NCBI GenBank assembly: GCA_963770835.1
Contig: CAVYRH010000004.1
Location: 512,001 to 576,000 of the forward strand
Direction: 5' to 3'
Length of the DNA stretch: 64,000 bases
Source: an uncultured Pseudomonadota bacterium
Lineage (GTDB): Bacteria > Oederibacteriota > Muellerivitia > Muellerivitales > Muellerivitaceae
Each line of letters starts with the position of its first letter. The stretch's first letter is position 1. Position numbers and translations under genes: made by a program. Shown one piece after another: positions 47,678-57,643 of the stretch. Below the pieces are notes generated by a model. It made no database searches, was not told the origin of the DNA, and was given only the letters and a program-made list of their open reading frames with translations.

Positions 47678-49498
47678 ATGAAACATAGTTTCTGGCGGAC
47701 CATTCCCCTTCTTTTCATGGCGCTTTTCCCGGCGCAGGGACTGCTGGCCCAGACCCCCACCAGCACCCCGACCTGCACTCAGTTCACGGATACCTACGGC
47801 AGTTCCTCCAGCTTGAATAATTATAATTTTTACAATGGTTGGACCTTATCGACGGCCGCGGCCCTGTCCTACCAGGTTTCCTCGGGGGAATTACAAGTAG
47901 CGCCCACCAGCGGAACGGTTTATTCCGTGGCCGCCGCCACCAACAGCGTTTTCAACCAAACCTTGGGGGACTATAGCGTGGAAGGGGACTTCAAGCTGGA
48001 CACGGTCAGCCAGGGCGTTTTTGGACCGATGTTCTGCTGCGATGCGGCGGCAAGTCAATGCTATTTTTTCCAATGGAACGGATTAAACGGCCGTTGGGAA
48101 ATAGAAAAACAAACGGGAACGGGGTATTACTATCCGGGATGTGTGACTGGGAACGCGTATACTTTGGGAACCTGGGTGCACTTAAAGGTGACGGCTACAG
48201 GCGGAACATTCAACTGCTGGGAGACCCCGGAAAGCGCCCCGGGGGTGGCTAGCGGGGCGACGGTGCAGATATTCACCAGCGTTACCGATACGGTTGCCTG
48301 CGCAGGAACGAGCGGCCTGACGGCGGCCCTGACGACGGGGAACGCCGGCTTGAGGGCCTACAATATCGTCTCGGGCAATATTCTGCACGTCCAAAACTTT
48401 ACGGCTTATAACTGCACGTCAGGCACATTAACCCCCACCCTGACCAATTCGCCAACGCAGAGTCCGACGGCAACGGTTTCCCCGACTCCAACCTCAACCG
48501 GCACCTTGGCGCCAACCGCCACAGCCACGCCGCTATCAGCCGGTTGCCAACAATTCATGGACACCTATAACAATTCGTCCAGTTTATCGAATTATAGCTA
48601 TAACGACGGGTCCTGGAATGCCGCCACAGCAGTTAACTTGGATTACTCGGTAGCGTCTGGGGAATTGCAGGAAACCCCGCCAACCGGGGCCAACGTTGGT
48701 TCCTACCTCACCGTTCTTAATTCCCTCTTCAACCCCTCCCTCAGCAACTATACAGTGGAGGCAGATTTCAAATTGGACAATTGGACGAGCGGCCACGGGC
48801 TTTTTGGATTGGTATTCCGGGAGGCGGCCACCGGAGAGGCCTATGTTTTCCAGCTCAACGGAAATCCGGAAAATTCCCAGCCCCATTGGCAATTGGAAAA
48901 GCAATTGGCGCCGGGAGGAACCAGCTACACCTACCTTCCAGGATCGGGATTCGGCATGGGAGCGGCTTCGCCGGCTTACACCCTTGGGACTTGGGTACAT
49001 TTGAAAGTCGTGGCCCAAGGAAACCTTTTTAATTGTTACGCGAATACCGGGGGTGGGGACCAATTGGTTTTCAGCGTTTCCGACCCCGGAACGACGGTTT
49101 ACGCCTCGGGCTCGGTGGGAATTCGAACGTCATTCATTTATAACCCCAATACCCTTCATGTTCAGAACTTCACCGCCACTTGGTGCGGAGGGCCCGTTTA
49201 TACGGGTTCCAATCCTCCGGTTTCAGGGGACTTCTTTATTTATCCGTCCCCTGCCCGGGGCAGCCAAGCCACGGTCTCCTACAACATGGCCCAATCGGGG
49301 CAAGTGGACTTGAGGGTTTGGAACGAGAAAGCCGAGCTGGTGACCCATATGACCGACTCCAAGACGGCGGGCGTCCAGGTGACGCCCTTCTCGATCGCCG
49401 GTTTCGGCACCGGAGTTTATTTTTACTCCCTTACTCTCACCTACGATTCGGGCACCGTTGAAAAACTTGGACCCAAGAAGTTCGTCATCCTTCACTAA
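47678..49498 (+). CDS. Secreted protein with two ConA-like/DUF1080-like domains and a T9SS-type-A-like C-terminal domain
   Basis: Signal peptide ending GLLA. Two GTWVHLKV modules. Tail IYPSPA..GTGVYFY..KKFVILH. Confidence 0.75.
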   Translation: MKHSFWRTIPLLFMALFPAQGLLAQTPTSTPTCTQFTDTYGSSSSLNNYNFYNGWTLSTAAALSYQVSSGELQVAPTSGTVYSVAAATNSVFNQTLGDYSVEGDFKLDTVSQGVFGPMFCCDAAASQCYFFQWNGLNGRWEIEKQTGTGYYYPGCVTGNAYTLGTWVHLKVTATGGTFNCWETPESAPGVASGATVQIFTSVTDTVACAGTSGLTAALTTGNAGLRAYNIVSGNILHVQNFTAYNCTSGTLTPTLTNSPTQSPTATVSPTPTSTGTLAPTATATPLSAGCQQFMDTYNNSSSLSNYSYNDGSWNAATAVNLDYSVASGELQETPPTGANVGSYLTVLNSLFNPSLSNYTVEADFKLDNWTSGHGLFGLVFREAATGEAYVFQLNGNPENSQPHWQLEKQLAPGGTSYTYLPGSGFGMGAASPAYTLGTWVHLKVVAQGNLFNCYANTGGGDQLVFSVSDPGTTVYASGSVGIRTSFIYNPNTLHVQNFTATWCGGPVYTGSNPPVSGDFFIYPSPARGSQATVSYNMAQSGQVDLRVWNEKAELVTHMTDSKTAGVQVTPFSIAGFGTGVYFYSLTLTYDSGTVEKLGPKKFVILH

Positions 49499-49608
49499 AC
49501 CAAGGATAAGCTCTGGCTCTGCGTTCTTCCTGGCTTGTTCTTTTCGCTTGAAAACCGGAATCCATTCTTTTTTACTGGCCTTTCAGCACAACTGAAAGGC
49601 CTTTTCTT

Positions 49609-50238
49609 TTGAAACCCACCCGTATCATCCTGTTCGACCTGGACGGAACACTCACCTACGGTGTTTCCAGCACCCGTTTCCTCTTCCGGCGGGCGGGGGA
49701 CGAGGCCTTTTTCGAGTTCTTGGAAAGGGAGTGGCTGAAGGACCGAATGGGCCACCTTCCCTTGGCGAAAAAGGTGACCAAACGCATGGCGGGATGGCGG
49801 GTCCGGGATGTGGAGAAAGCCCTCCACCTCATTCCCAAAATGAGGGGCATCGCCGAAACGGTCAGAACACTCAAGAAGCGTGGCTTTTACGTGGCCCTGG
49901 CCACCTTGGGATATGAATTATGCGCCCGGTATTTCCAGAAAAAGTTCGGCTTTGACGATGTGCGGGGAACGACTTTGGAGATAAAGCGGGGAATGATTAC
50001 CGGAAGGAAGATGAAAATCTTCGAGGAACACGAAAAGGCCCTGTTCTTACGCGAACTATCGAAAACCCACTGCGTTCCACTGGCTGAAACGGTGACGGTT
50101 GGCGACAGCCGGTCGGACCGGGAAGTCTTCAAGATCGCGGGGTTCCGCATTGCGGTCAACCAGGACGGGTTCCTCAAAAAGCTCGCGGACGTCGATTTGA
50201 AAACCAAAGACCTGAGGATTATCCTCAAGCACTTATGA
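49609..50238 (+). CDS. HAD-superfamily phosphatase (SerB-like)
   Basis: FDLDGTL, LAT, conserved K and VGDSRSD motifs. Confidence 0.85.
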   Translation: MKPTRIILFDLDGTLTYGVSSTRFLFRRAGDEAFFEFLEREWLKDRMGHLPLAKKVTKRMAGWRVRDVEKALHLIPKMRGIAETVRTLKKRGFYVALATLGYELCARYFQKKFGFDDVRGTTLEIKRGMITGRKMKIFEEHEKALFLRELSKTHCVPLAETVTVGDSRSDREVFKIAGFRIAVNQDGFLKKLADVDLKTKDLRIILKHL

Positions 50239-50445
50239 ACCCCCGGAAAATGGAATTTGATTCCTCTTCTTATGGCAGACGGCCCTTGTCCGCGCGAACG
50301 GTATTCTTTTGGGGCTCCAGGAGCCGAAAGGCGGGTGAATTTTAAACGCCTAAAAGGTGACTGGTTTTAACTAAGGGCGCAAGGGGAAATCCTCCTGGAC
50401 TTTCTATCCCGGCTGTAAAATAAGAAAAAGATTGGGGAAGGGACT

Positions 50446-50850
50446 ATGAGCCTCCAAACCGGATGGATAGAAAAAAGGGAAAGCGAGCGCAAGAAGGCCC
50501 CTTGGGAATTGACCTACCAGGTCATTGGCGCGGAGGAAGCGGCCCAGTTATGCCGGGAACACCTCCGTCAGGAAGCCCGGGCCGCGGAAAAGGACGCAAT
50601 CGCACTATCCAGCGCCAGGACCCATGATGTTTCGGCCAAGGGCTTGGCCGTCGTGGGACCCCGGTTCCTTGAGCCGGGGACCAAACTGCTACTTTATATC
50701 CATTCCCCCCTCCAAACGAATTCCCTGGTCGTGGTGGCCGAAGTCGTCCATTGCGTGTTGGATGGGTCGGCATCTTCCCATTACCGGTCCGGCATGAGAA
50801 TTTTGGCCGTAGACCAAACCGACCTGGACCAAATCTTAAAGGAACTTTAA
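50446..50850 (+). CDS. PilZ-domain protein (putative c-di-GMP receptor)
   Basis: RESER (RxxxR) and DVSAKG (DxSxxG) motifs, followed by AEVVH..YRSGM. Confidence 0.8.
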   Translation: MSLQTGWIEKRESERKKAPWELTYQVIGAEEAAQLCREHLRQEARAAEKDAIALSSARTHDVSAKGLAVVGPRFLEPGTKLLLYIHSPLQTNSLVVVAEVVHCVLDGSASSHYRSGMRILAVDQTDLDQILKEL

Positions 50851-50892
50851 AAGGGCCCCAAGATGCCGCGATTGCCGCAGTCCTATTGAAAT

Positions 50893-50924
50893 AAAAAAGC
50901 CCCCGGAAAACTTCCGGAGGCTTT
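50893..50924. terminator. Intrinsic terminator between convergent genes
   Basis: AAAAAAGCCCCCGGAA-AAC-TTCCGGAGGCTTT hairpin. Confidence 0.7.
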
Positions 50925-50951
50925 GAAGGAACGGCGGTCACGGCAAGAAAT

Positions 50952-51389
50952 TTAAGACCAAGCCCCTAAGATCAGACCCATCAAGAGCAAGCCCACCAAA
51001 TAATGGCTGGCATTGATGGCGTAAAATTTCCAGGATTTCCTCTCCCAAAATACGGTATTCATGAGGGTGGTGGCGAAGAAGCCCAGCCACACATAAAACC
51101 CGGATTTCAATCCAAGAACGGCTCCGGATTCGTGTTGGGCGATCCCCGCGAATTGGACAATGTAGGCCAGGACCCAAGCGGTTAAGAGGAGGGAGGCGAA
51201 ATTACCCAGCATGGGTTTCCACATCCCCTTCATCATCTTCTCCCTTTCCTTCTTGCTGGGCACTTTCATCCCCATTTCTTTCATCCAGGGCTTCACAAAA
51301 AGAACCGAGAACCAGGCCCACCCAACGAAAAACTGGGCCAAAGCCGCCACAAAAACGGCCATGTAATTGATGTGGATGTCCATCGCCAC
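50952..51389 (-). CDS. DUF1761-family membrane protein
   Basis: INYMAVFVAA..GWAWFS.LF.KPW, WLGF and INASH motifs, about 4 TM helices. Confidence 0.8.
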   Translation of the reverse strand: MAMDIHINYMAVFVAALAQFFVGWAWFSVLFVKPWMKEMGMKVPSKKEREKMMKGMWKPMLGNFASLLLTAWVLAYIVQFAGIAQHESGAVLGLKSGFYVWLGFFATTLMNTVFWERKSWKFYAINASHYLVGLLLMGLILGAWS

Positions 51390-51491
51390 CTCCTCAAGTT
51401 TTGATCAACAGTCCCATTCTAGCTGGGGAAGCCTAAATCGAAGGTTAACTTTCGGGGGCTTAATCGCGAAGGGTAAATGGGAACCCATTTT

Positions 51492-52823
51492 TTAATATAG
51501 AGAACCTTCGCGTCTTTCAGCGAAAAGGCGGTAATCCCTGGCTTCAATGGCTTTAGCCATTTGGCCGTGGTTGCGCGCGTAAAGGGAGTCCCCGGATTCA
51601 ATGTTTTTCAAAGTGTATCCCGCCTGAAACCAAACCACGCAGAGGATGAAGACCCAGCCCAAAATCCGGCACCACTTCCATTGAGTTAAATAATCCCAGC
51701 AGTAGAAGGAGTAAAGAAACAGGACGGGAAAAAACAGAAGGATCCGGAAAGACGCCGCCATGTCAGGGGTGAAAAGAAAGCAGCCGTAAATAATCAAAAA
51801 AGTTAGTCCGGCCATGGTTTTAACCGCCTTCCAGTCCTGCCGGGGATGATTGGGGGCAAAGAAGAGGGCCAACAGGGCCAGGACCTGAAAGAACCATGCC
51901 CCCCAAAGAAAAAAGCCGGGCAGTGCTAACCAGGGTGAATGAAACAGGTAAGCCATTCGTTGGCGTGTGTGTTCACCGATGAAGCGGGCCATCTCGAAAC
52001 TGGCGATGGAAAGGAAGCGGGCCAAGGTGCCCAAAAGGTCTTTTGCGTTGTTCCATTCGACGCCGGACATGAATCCGTGGATATCCTTGCCGGTGTTAAA
52101 TCCGTACAGCGCATAAGTGGGAAGGACCAAGGCAAGCATGGGCAGGGATCCCAGGAAAGCGAAAAGAACGCAGGAAAGGTTCTTCGCCACGCGTATTTGA
52201 AAATAAAAAGAGACTAGGAGAAAAGGTACCATCGCCACCCAGGACATGTGCAACTGCATCACCCAGCCGAGGCCGAAACCCATCCAGGCGTTGGCCCAAG
52301 CGGGGCGGAGAAAACCGATGGAAAGGGCTGGGATGGTCTCGAAAAACCCTAGAAAAAACAAAACGCTTCCCAAGAAAGCAAAGGAGGGATTGATGACCTG
52401 GGTGGAGTAGTGGGTGAGCCAAGGCGCCAGATAAACCCAGGTAAAAAGGAAACCGGGTGAAAAGCCGGGCAGGCGTCGGACGCAGTACCAGGCCAAAAGG
52501 GTCAAAGCGAAAAAGGATAAAAAGTTCAAGAAGAAGTAAGGAGATTCCGGCGCCGGCCATATTTTGAGGGGAAGGGCGATCAGAAGGCCTTCCAGCGCGC
52601 CCGGCATTTGGGTCTTAAAGGAGGTTTCCGGTCCTTGGACATCGGGGCCATAGTAAGGCCAGGCCTGGGTGGTATAGGCCTTCAGGCCGATGGCATAGGT
52701 TTGGGTGTAATCCTCAGTGGCGGTGACTTCCGGGCAATAGAGCCCGAAGAGGAAACGGAAGAGGAACGCAAACAAAAGGAAGGCCGAGATTTTCAACCAT
52801 TGGGAAAGGGCTCCAGCCTTCAA
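51492..52823 (-). CDS. Polytopic membrane protein, GT-C glycosyltransferase-like (paralog 3)
   Basis: TEDYTQTYAIGLK, WPYYGPD, QMPGALEG, INPS, MQLH and ERREGSLY motifs. Confidence 0.55.
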   Translation of the reverse strand: MKAGALSQWLKISAFLLFAFLFRFLFGLYCPEVTATEDYTQTYAIGLKAYTTQAWPYYGPDVQGPETSFKTQMPGALEGLLIALPLKIWPAPESPYFFLNFLSFFALTLLAWYCVRRLPGFSPGFLFTWVYLAPWLTHYSTQVINPSFAFLGSVLFFLGFFETIPALSIGFLRPAWANAWMGFGLGWVMQLHMSWVAMVPFLLVSFYFQIRVAKNLSCVLFAFLGSLPMLALVLPTYALYGFNTGKDIHGFMSGVEWNNAKDLLGTLARFLSIASFEMARFIGEHTRQRMAYLFHSPWLALPGFFLWGAWFFQVLALLALFFAPNHPRQDWKAVKTMAGLTFLIIYGCFLFTPDMAASFRILLFFPVLFLYSFYCWDYLTQWKWCRILGWVFILCVVWFQAGYTLKNIESGDSLYARNHGQMAKAIEARDYRLFAERREGSLY

Positions 52824-52833
52824 GAAGATGGCC

Positions 52834-53766
52834 TTATTTAAGCGCCTTCATGGTTTCCCGGATAAGGTCCGCGGATTTCTCGACCATCTTGCGCTCTCCC
52901 GGCTCCAGGGGAATTTCAATGATCATTTCCAAACCCTTACGGCTCAGCTTTCCGAGAACGCCGAAGTACATTTCCTTCAGCCCGTATTCGCCGTCCAAAT
53001 AGGCAGAACAGGGAACCACCATCTTTTTGTCCTTGAGGATGGCTTCCACCATGGAGCCGGCCGCGGCACCGGGAGCGTACCAGGCGGAAACGCCGAGGAG
53101 ATTCACCAGTTCCCCCCCCCCCTTACGGGTGCGCTCCACAATGGCGTCCACTTGCTCGGGCTTTAGGATATTGGAAATGGGCACTCCCGCGATGGTGGAA
53201 TAACGCACGAGGGGGACCATCTCATCGCCATGGCCGCCGATGACGGAGGCATGCACGTTTTCCACGGCCACGTCGGTGGCGGCCGCCAAAAAGGCGCGCA
53301 TGCGGGCCGAATCCAGGACACCGGCCTGACCGATGACGCGGTGCTTGGGAAGGCCGGAAGCCTTGTAGGCCACGTAGCACATGGTGTCCAGCGGGTTGGT
53401 GACGACGATCAGGATGACGTTGGGGGAGGAAGCCACGATTTTCTTGGTCACATCGGCCACGATGCCCTGGTTGATGGCCACCAGGTCCTCCCGGCTCATG
53501 CCAGGCTTGCGGGGTACACCCGCCGTGATGACACAGATGTCCGAGTTGGCCGTGTCGGCGTAATCGGTGGTGCCGGTCAATCGGGTGTTGTAACCGGAGA
53601 TGGGCCCCACTTGCTGCATGTCCAGGGCTTTGCCCTTGGGCATGTCCTTGGTGGCGGGAATGTCGAGAAGGACGATATCCCCCAAATCCCTTTCGGCCAT
53701 CCAGGCGGCGCAGGAAGCGCCGACGTTGCCGGCTCCGACCACGGTGATTTTGGGACGATTGGACAT
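52834..53766 (-). CDS. mdh: Malate dehydrogenase (LDH-like)
   Basis: VVGAGNVG, AGVPRKPGMSREDL, VTNPLD, LDSAR, GGHGD and RTRKGGGE motifs. AAGGAGG RBS. Confidence 0.96.
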   Translation of the reverse strand: MSNRPKITVVGAGNVGASCAAWMAERDLGDIVLLDIPATKDMPKGKALDMQQVGPISGYNTRLTGTTDYADTANSDICVITAGVPRKPGMSREDLVAINQGIVADVTKKIVASSPNVILIVVTNPLDTMCYVAYKASGLPKHRVIGQAGVLDSARMRAFLAAATDVAVENVHASVIGGHGDEMVPLVRYSTIAGVPISNILKPEQVDAIVERTRKGGGELVNLLGVSAWYAPGAAAGSMVEAILKDKKMVVPCSAYLDGEYGLKEMYFGVLGKLSRKGLEMIIEIPLEPGERKMVEKSADLIRETMKALK

Positions 53767-53947
53767 AAGGTCCTCCTTCATGGAATGGGAAATAGGATTA
53801 AAACGGGCGGCGAGGGATTAGTCTAGCGAAAGCCTTCCAGGCTGTCTAGGAAGGCCCTTTGATTCAATGTTTCCGGTTCCTATCCTAAACTTGACATATG
53901 CTGGGGGCCTCGGTAGTTTGGGGCCACTCCGCGTTCCAGGTGAAAAA

Positions 53948-54493
53948 ATGAGCGATCCAATCCAACCAAAAGGTTTCACCCTCTGGTTCACGGGCCTGTC
54001 AGGGTCCGGGAAATCCACCATCGCCGAGCGGGTCGCCCTGAAGCTGGAACGAAAGGGCATTCCCGTTGAAATCCTGGACGGGGACGTGGTGCGCACCCAT
54101 CTTTCCAAGGGCCTCAGTTTTTCCCGCGAGGACAGGGATGAGAACATCAAACGCGTGGGCTTCGTATGCCAACTTCTGACCCGGAACGGGGTAGTGGCCG
54201 TCGCTTCCGTCATCTCCCCTTACCGCGAAGCCCGGGAATACAACCGCCAGAAGATCAAGAATTTCGTGGAGGTTTACACCCGGTGCCCCGTGGAGGTTTG
54301 CGAGGAGAGGGACCTGAAGGGGCTCTATCAAAGGGCCCGGGCCGGTGAGATCAAGGGTTTCACGGGCGTGGACGACCCCTATGAGCCGCCCCTCAACCCC
54401 GAGGTTACCTGTAAAACCGATGTCGAATCCGTCGAGGAAAGCGTCGAGAAGGTTCTCAAGAAGCTCGAAGAATTGGGATATATCACCGCATGA
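53948..54493 (+). CDS. cysC: Adenylyl-sulfate kinase
   Basis: [31 protein letters not shown] and [11 protein letters not shown] motifs. Confidence 0.95.
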   Translation: MSDPIQPKGFTLWFTGLSGSGKSTIAERVALKLERKGIPVEILDGDVVRTHLSKGLSFSREDRDENIKRVGFVCQLLTRNGVVAVASVISPYREAREYNRQKIKNFVEVYTRCPVEVCEERDLKGLYQRARAGEIKGFTGVDDPYEPPLNPEVTCKTDVESVEESVEKVLKKLEELGYITA

Positions 54494-56736
54494 GGGAGGA
54501 TGGGGCGGCGCCTTCCCCCTTTTCCCGCCATCCTGATTTCACCGCCGTGGTTTTCCTGCTGGTGGCCGTTCTCCTTCTTTTCAACCGGTTCCTGGACCCC
54601 TCGGGCCATTGGGTGCTTTCCCACGCGGGGGACCTCACGAAACAATTCGTTTGGTGGCGCCAATTCGGTTTCGGGGAACTGAGGAAAGGACACCTTGTCC
54701 TATGGAACCCCCATCTCTTCAGTGGCGCTCCTTTCTTCGGCGGTTTCCAGTCCGCATTGCTTTACCCACCCAACTGGCTCTTCATGGTCCTGCCCCTGGG
54801 TTTTGCCCTCAATTTCAGCATCGCCTTTCACGTCTTCCTGGCCGGCTGGTTTACCTACCTTTGGCTGAAAGGGAGAAACACCCATCCGGCCTCAGCCCTC
54901 CTGGGAGCTTTCATGTTCATGTTCAGCGGAGCCTATTTCACCCGCCTGGCGGTGGGTCAGATCCCCAATCTTTGCACCATGGTTTGGATTCCCCTGGTCT
55001 TCCTGGCCCTCGACCAGTACCGGGATACTGGGGGCCTCAAGTGGATCGGCACCGGGATATTCGCCCTGGCCCTCCAGTTTTTTTCCGGCCATGTCCAGTA
55101 CTGCTATTACACGGGCATGGCGGCTTTCTTTTACGCGCTTTTGACCATGCGATTTACCGACAAAAAGGCCCGTTACCTGATGGGGTTCCTCCTGCTCTAC
55201 ACGGGCGCCTCCCTCTTGGCGGCGGTCCAGCTTTTAGCCGGATGGGACGCGGCCTTTCAAAGCGTGCGGACCCAACATATGTCCCTCGGCTCCCTCGATG
55301 TGGCGGATATGACCGTTGAAAGGGCCTGGTGTTTTTTCATGCCGAACTTTTTCGGAAGCTGGGACAATTATTGGGGTGGGGGCATGTACTGGGAAGGCCA
55401 TCCCTACGTCAGCGTCACGGGTTTTGTCCTGGCCCTCTTTGCCTTGAGAAGCTCGCCCCGGCCGGAAAAAGGGATTTTCGCCGGGCTGGCGTTGTTTTTC
55501 CTCCTGCTTTCCTTCGGCAACCGGACACCCTTGTTTCCTCTTTTCGCAAAATATTTTCCACTCTTTGGAAGCTTCCGGGGCGTGAGCAAATTGAACATTT
55601 TGACCACCATTTGCCTGACAGCGCTGGCGGCCATGGGGTTGGATGAGGTTTTTAAGCGGCCGGAGACCCTTAAAGGCCTTCGGCGGGGAACGACGGCGGG
55701 AGCCGCGGTTTTCGGTTTGGTAGCCCTCCTTTTTTACGCCGCCCCACGCCTGGGTTGGGGCCGGCTCTTCAAACAATTCCTCAGCCATTCCGATGAAATG
55801 GCCTGGAATCTTTTGGCGGCGGGACTGCTCTTGGGGGTGATCGCCTTAACGGCCTTGATGGCCATCCGAAAACCCACTTGGCGTTGGGGGTTTTTGGGCC
55901 TGGTGTTTTTGGAACTTTTTTCTTTCGCTTGGGAAAACCGGCCCAGTTTCGATCTCCAGGCCTTGCGGCAAAAGATCGCCCCGATCCAGCAAACCTACGA
56001 CAGGGACCCGGGCGATTACCGGGTTTGCGTGCAAGGGGGGAATTACACCCTGGGAACCTCGGGCCTGGACATTTGGGGGGAGGATCCCATACTGCCGCTG
56101 CGATATGCCTTGTTCGTCGCCAGGACCGAGAAGCACGATTACGACCACATCATCGATTCGGTTTTTTCCAGCGTGTCCCCCCCGCTGGGGCTATTGCGGC
56201 TCAGGTACGTCTTTTTGCAAGAAGGGGATGAATTCGTCCCTCATCGGACCGGTTTTAAGGAAACGCCCCGGGTTTTTCTCGCCGACCGGTGGGAAGTGCA
56301 GAAATGGGAGGACATCCTGGACAAAATCACAGCGAATGGGTTTGACCCCATGCGGGAGGTGCTGCTCGAGTCGGACCCAGGCCTGGGGCCGCCATCCGGA
56401 AAAATCCAGGGGGATATCGCCGTGAAGGATCTATCCACCGAACAAATCGAAATTACAGCACAAGTTCCCAAGCCGGCAGTGCTGGTGATGACCGACAACG
56501 ACAGTCATGGATGGCGGGCTTTACCTTTGGAAAACTCAGACCAAAAGATTTTTTCGATCCTTCCAGCCTATGGCTTTTTCAGGGCGGTGCCCCTTCAAGC
56601 GGGGCACCAGCATTTTCTTATGGAATACCGGCCTACCGCCTACGTGGTGGGGAAGTGGATTTCCATCATTTCCTGGCTCGTTTTCTTGGGGTTTCTTTTG
56701 TCCCAAGGATCGCCTTACCTTCGGAAAAAGGGGTGA
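54490..56736 (+). CDS. YfhO-family membrane protein (GT-C-like)
   Basis: [21 protein letters not shown] and GH.Q motifs, many TM helices, C-terminal [24 protein letters not shown]. Confidence 0.85.
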   Translation: MREDGAAPSPFSRHPDFTAVVFLLVAVLLLFNRFLDPSGHWVLSHAGDLTKQFVWWRQFGFGELRKGHLVLWNPHLFSGAPFFGGFQSALLYPPNWLFMVLPLGFALNFSIAFHVFLAGWFTYLWLKGRNTHPASALLGAFMFMFSGAYFTRLAVGQIPNLCTMVWIPLVFLALDQYRDTGGLKWIGTGIFALALQFFSGHVQYCYYTGMAAFFYALLTMRFTDKKARYLMGFLLLYTGASLLAAVQLLAGWDAAFQSVRTQHMSLGSLDVADMTVERAWCFFMPNFFGSWDNYWGGGMYWEGHPYVSVTGFVLALFALRSSPRPEKGIFAGLALFFLLLSFGNRTPLFPLFAKYFPLFGSFRGVSKLNILTTICLTALAAMGLDEVFKRPETLKGLRRGTTAGAAVFGLVALLFYAAPRLGWGRLFKQFLSHSDEMAWNLLAAGLLLGVIALTALMAIRKPTWRWGFLGLVFLELFSFAWENRPSFDLQALRQKIAPIQQTYDRDPGDYRVCVQGGNYTLGTSGLDIWGEDPILPLRYALFVARTEKHDYDHIIDSVFSSVSPPLGLLRLRYVFLQEGDEFVPHRTGFKETPRVFLADRWEVQKWEDILDKITANGFDPMREVLLESDPGLGPPSGKIQGDIAVKDLSTEQIEITAQVPKPAVLVMTDNDSHGWRALPLENSDQKIFSILPAYGFFRAVPLQAGHQHFLMEYRPTAYVVGKWISIISWLVFLGFLLSQGSPYLRKKG

Positions 56737-56772
56737 ACTACCACGGCGGTAGTCTACTTATAATGAGAAACC

Positions 56773-57630
56773 ATGAAGACCGTTGCTGACCTGCACATGC
56801 ATACCAACCATTCGGATGGGACACTCAACCCCACTGAGCTGGCCCGCTTGGCCCACGCCCAAGGCGTGGACGCCGTCGCATTAACCGACCACGACACCGT
56901 GACCGGCATCGCGGAACTGGTGGAAGAAACGAACCGGCTGGGTTTGGAGGCCATCCCCGGGGTGGAGCTTTCCGCCAGTTTTAATCCCGGGACTCTTCAT
57001 ATTCTTGGCTACGGTTTTGATCCTAATGGACCCATTCGTGAAAGGCTGGCCGAATTCCAGAAAGCCAGGGCCGAACGCAATCCCCGAATACTGGAAAAGC
57101 TCAAGTCCGTGGGCATCTCTTTGACCTTGGAAGAGGTCAAGGAAATCTCCCGAGCCCAGGGACAAGTGGGCCGGCCCCATATCGCCCGGGCGATGGAAGC
57201 CAAGGGTTACGTTGAAAGTTATAAGGAAGCCTTTGACAAATACTTGACCAAAGGCGCCCCGGCTTACGTTTCCAAGGCGGCATGGACCGCCCAGGAATGT
57301 ATTGAGATGCTGCACGAATCGGGCGGAGCGGCGGTCATCGCCCACCCCATTCAAATGAAACTCCAGGGAATGGAACTTCGGGCTAAAATAAAAGAGCTAG
57401 CTGAACTAGGTTTGGACGGATTGGAATCGGTGCATCCCGACCACAAACCCGGGGATCGGGAGCTTTTCACGAAATTGGCGGAGGAGTTTGGGCTCTTGAC
57501 CACGGGCGGCAGCGATTTCCACGGCGAGCATAAGCCGGGGGTCCAGTTAGGGCAGGGACGGCCTCCCTATGTTTTCCTGGAACGCTTGAGGAAAGTCATT
57601 CAAAAAAGGCGAAGGGAAGCCGGAAACTAA
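56773..57630 (+). CDS. PHP-domain metal-dependent phosphoesterase (TrpH/YciV-like)
   Basis: DLHMHT..SDG, LTDHDT, GVELS, HILGY, GRPHIA, AHP and TGGSDFHG motifs. Confidence 0.92.
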   Translation: MKTVADLHMHTNHSDGTLNPTELARLAHAQGVDAVALTDHDTVTGIAELVEETNRLGLEAIPGVELSASFNPGTLHILGYGFDPNGPIRERLAEFQKARAERNPRILEKLKSVGISLTLEEVKEISRAQGQVGRPHIARAMEAKGYVESYKEAFDKYLTKGAPAYVSKAAWTAQECIEMLHESGGAAVIAHPIQMKLQGMELRAKIKELAELGLDGLESVHPDHKPGDRELFTKLAEEFGLLTTGGSDFHGEHKPGVQLGQGRPPYVFLERLRKVIQKRRREAGN

Positions 57631-57643
57631 GGGCAGGTTTTAA

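Noticed and set aside
42716..48417. Inverted duplicated domains as an invertible (shufflon-like) segment
   Set aside because: The copies differ at many synonymous positions and no recombinase is present in the window.
50316..50399. TCCAGGAG/CTCCTGGA inverted repeat upstream of the PilZ gene as a structured RNA
   Set aside because: Only 8 bp, with no match to a riboswitch consensus I know. It could be chance.
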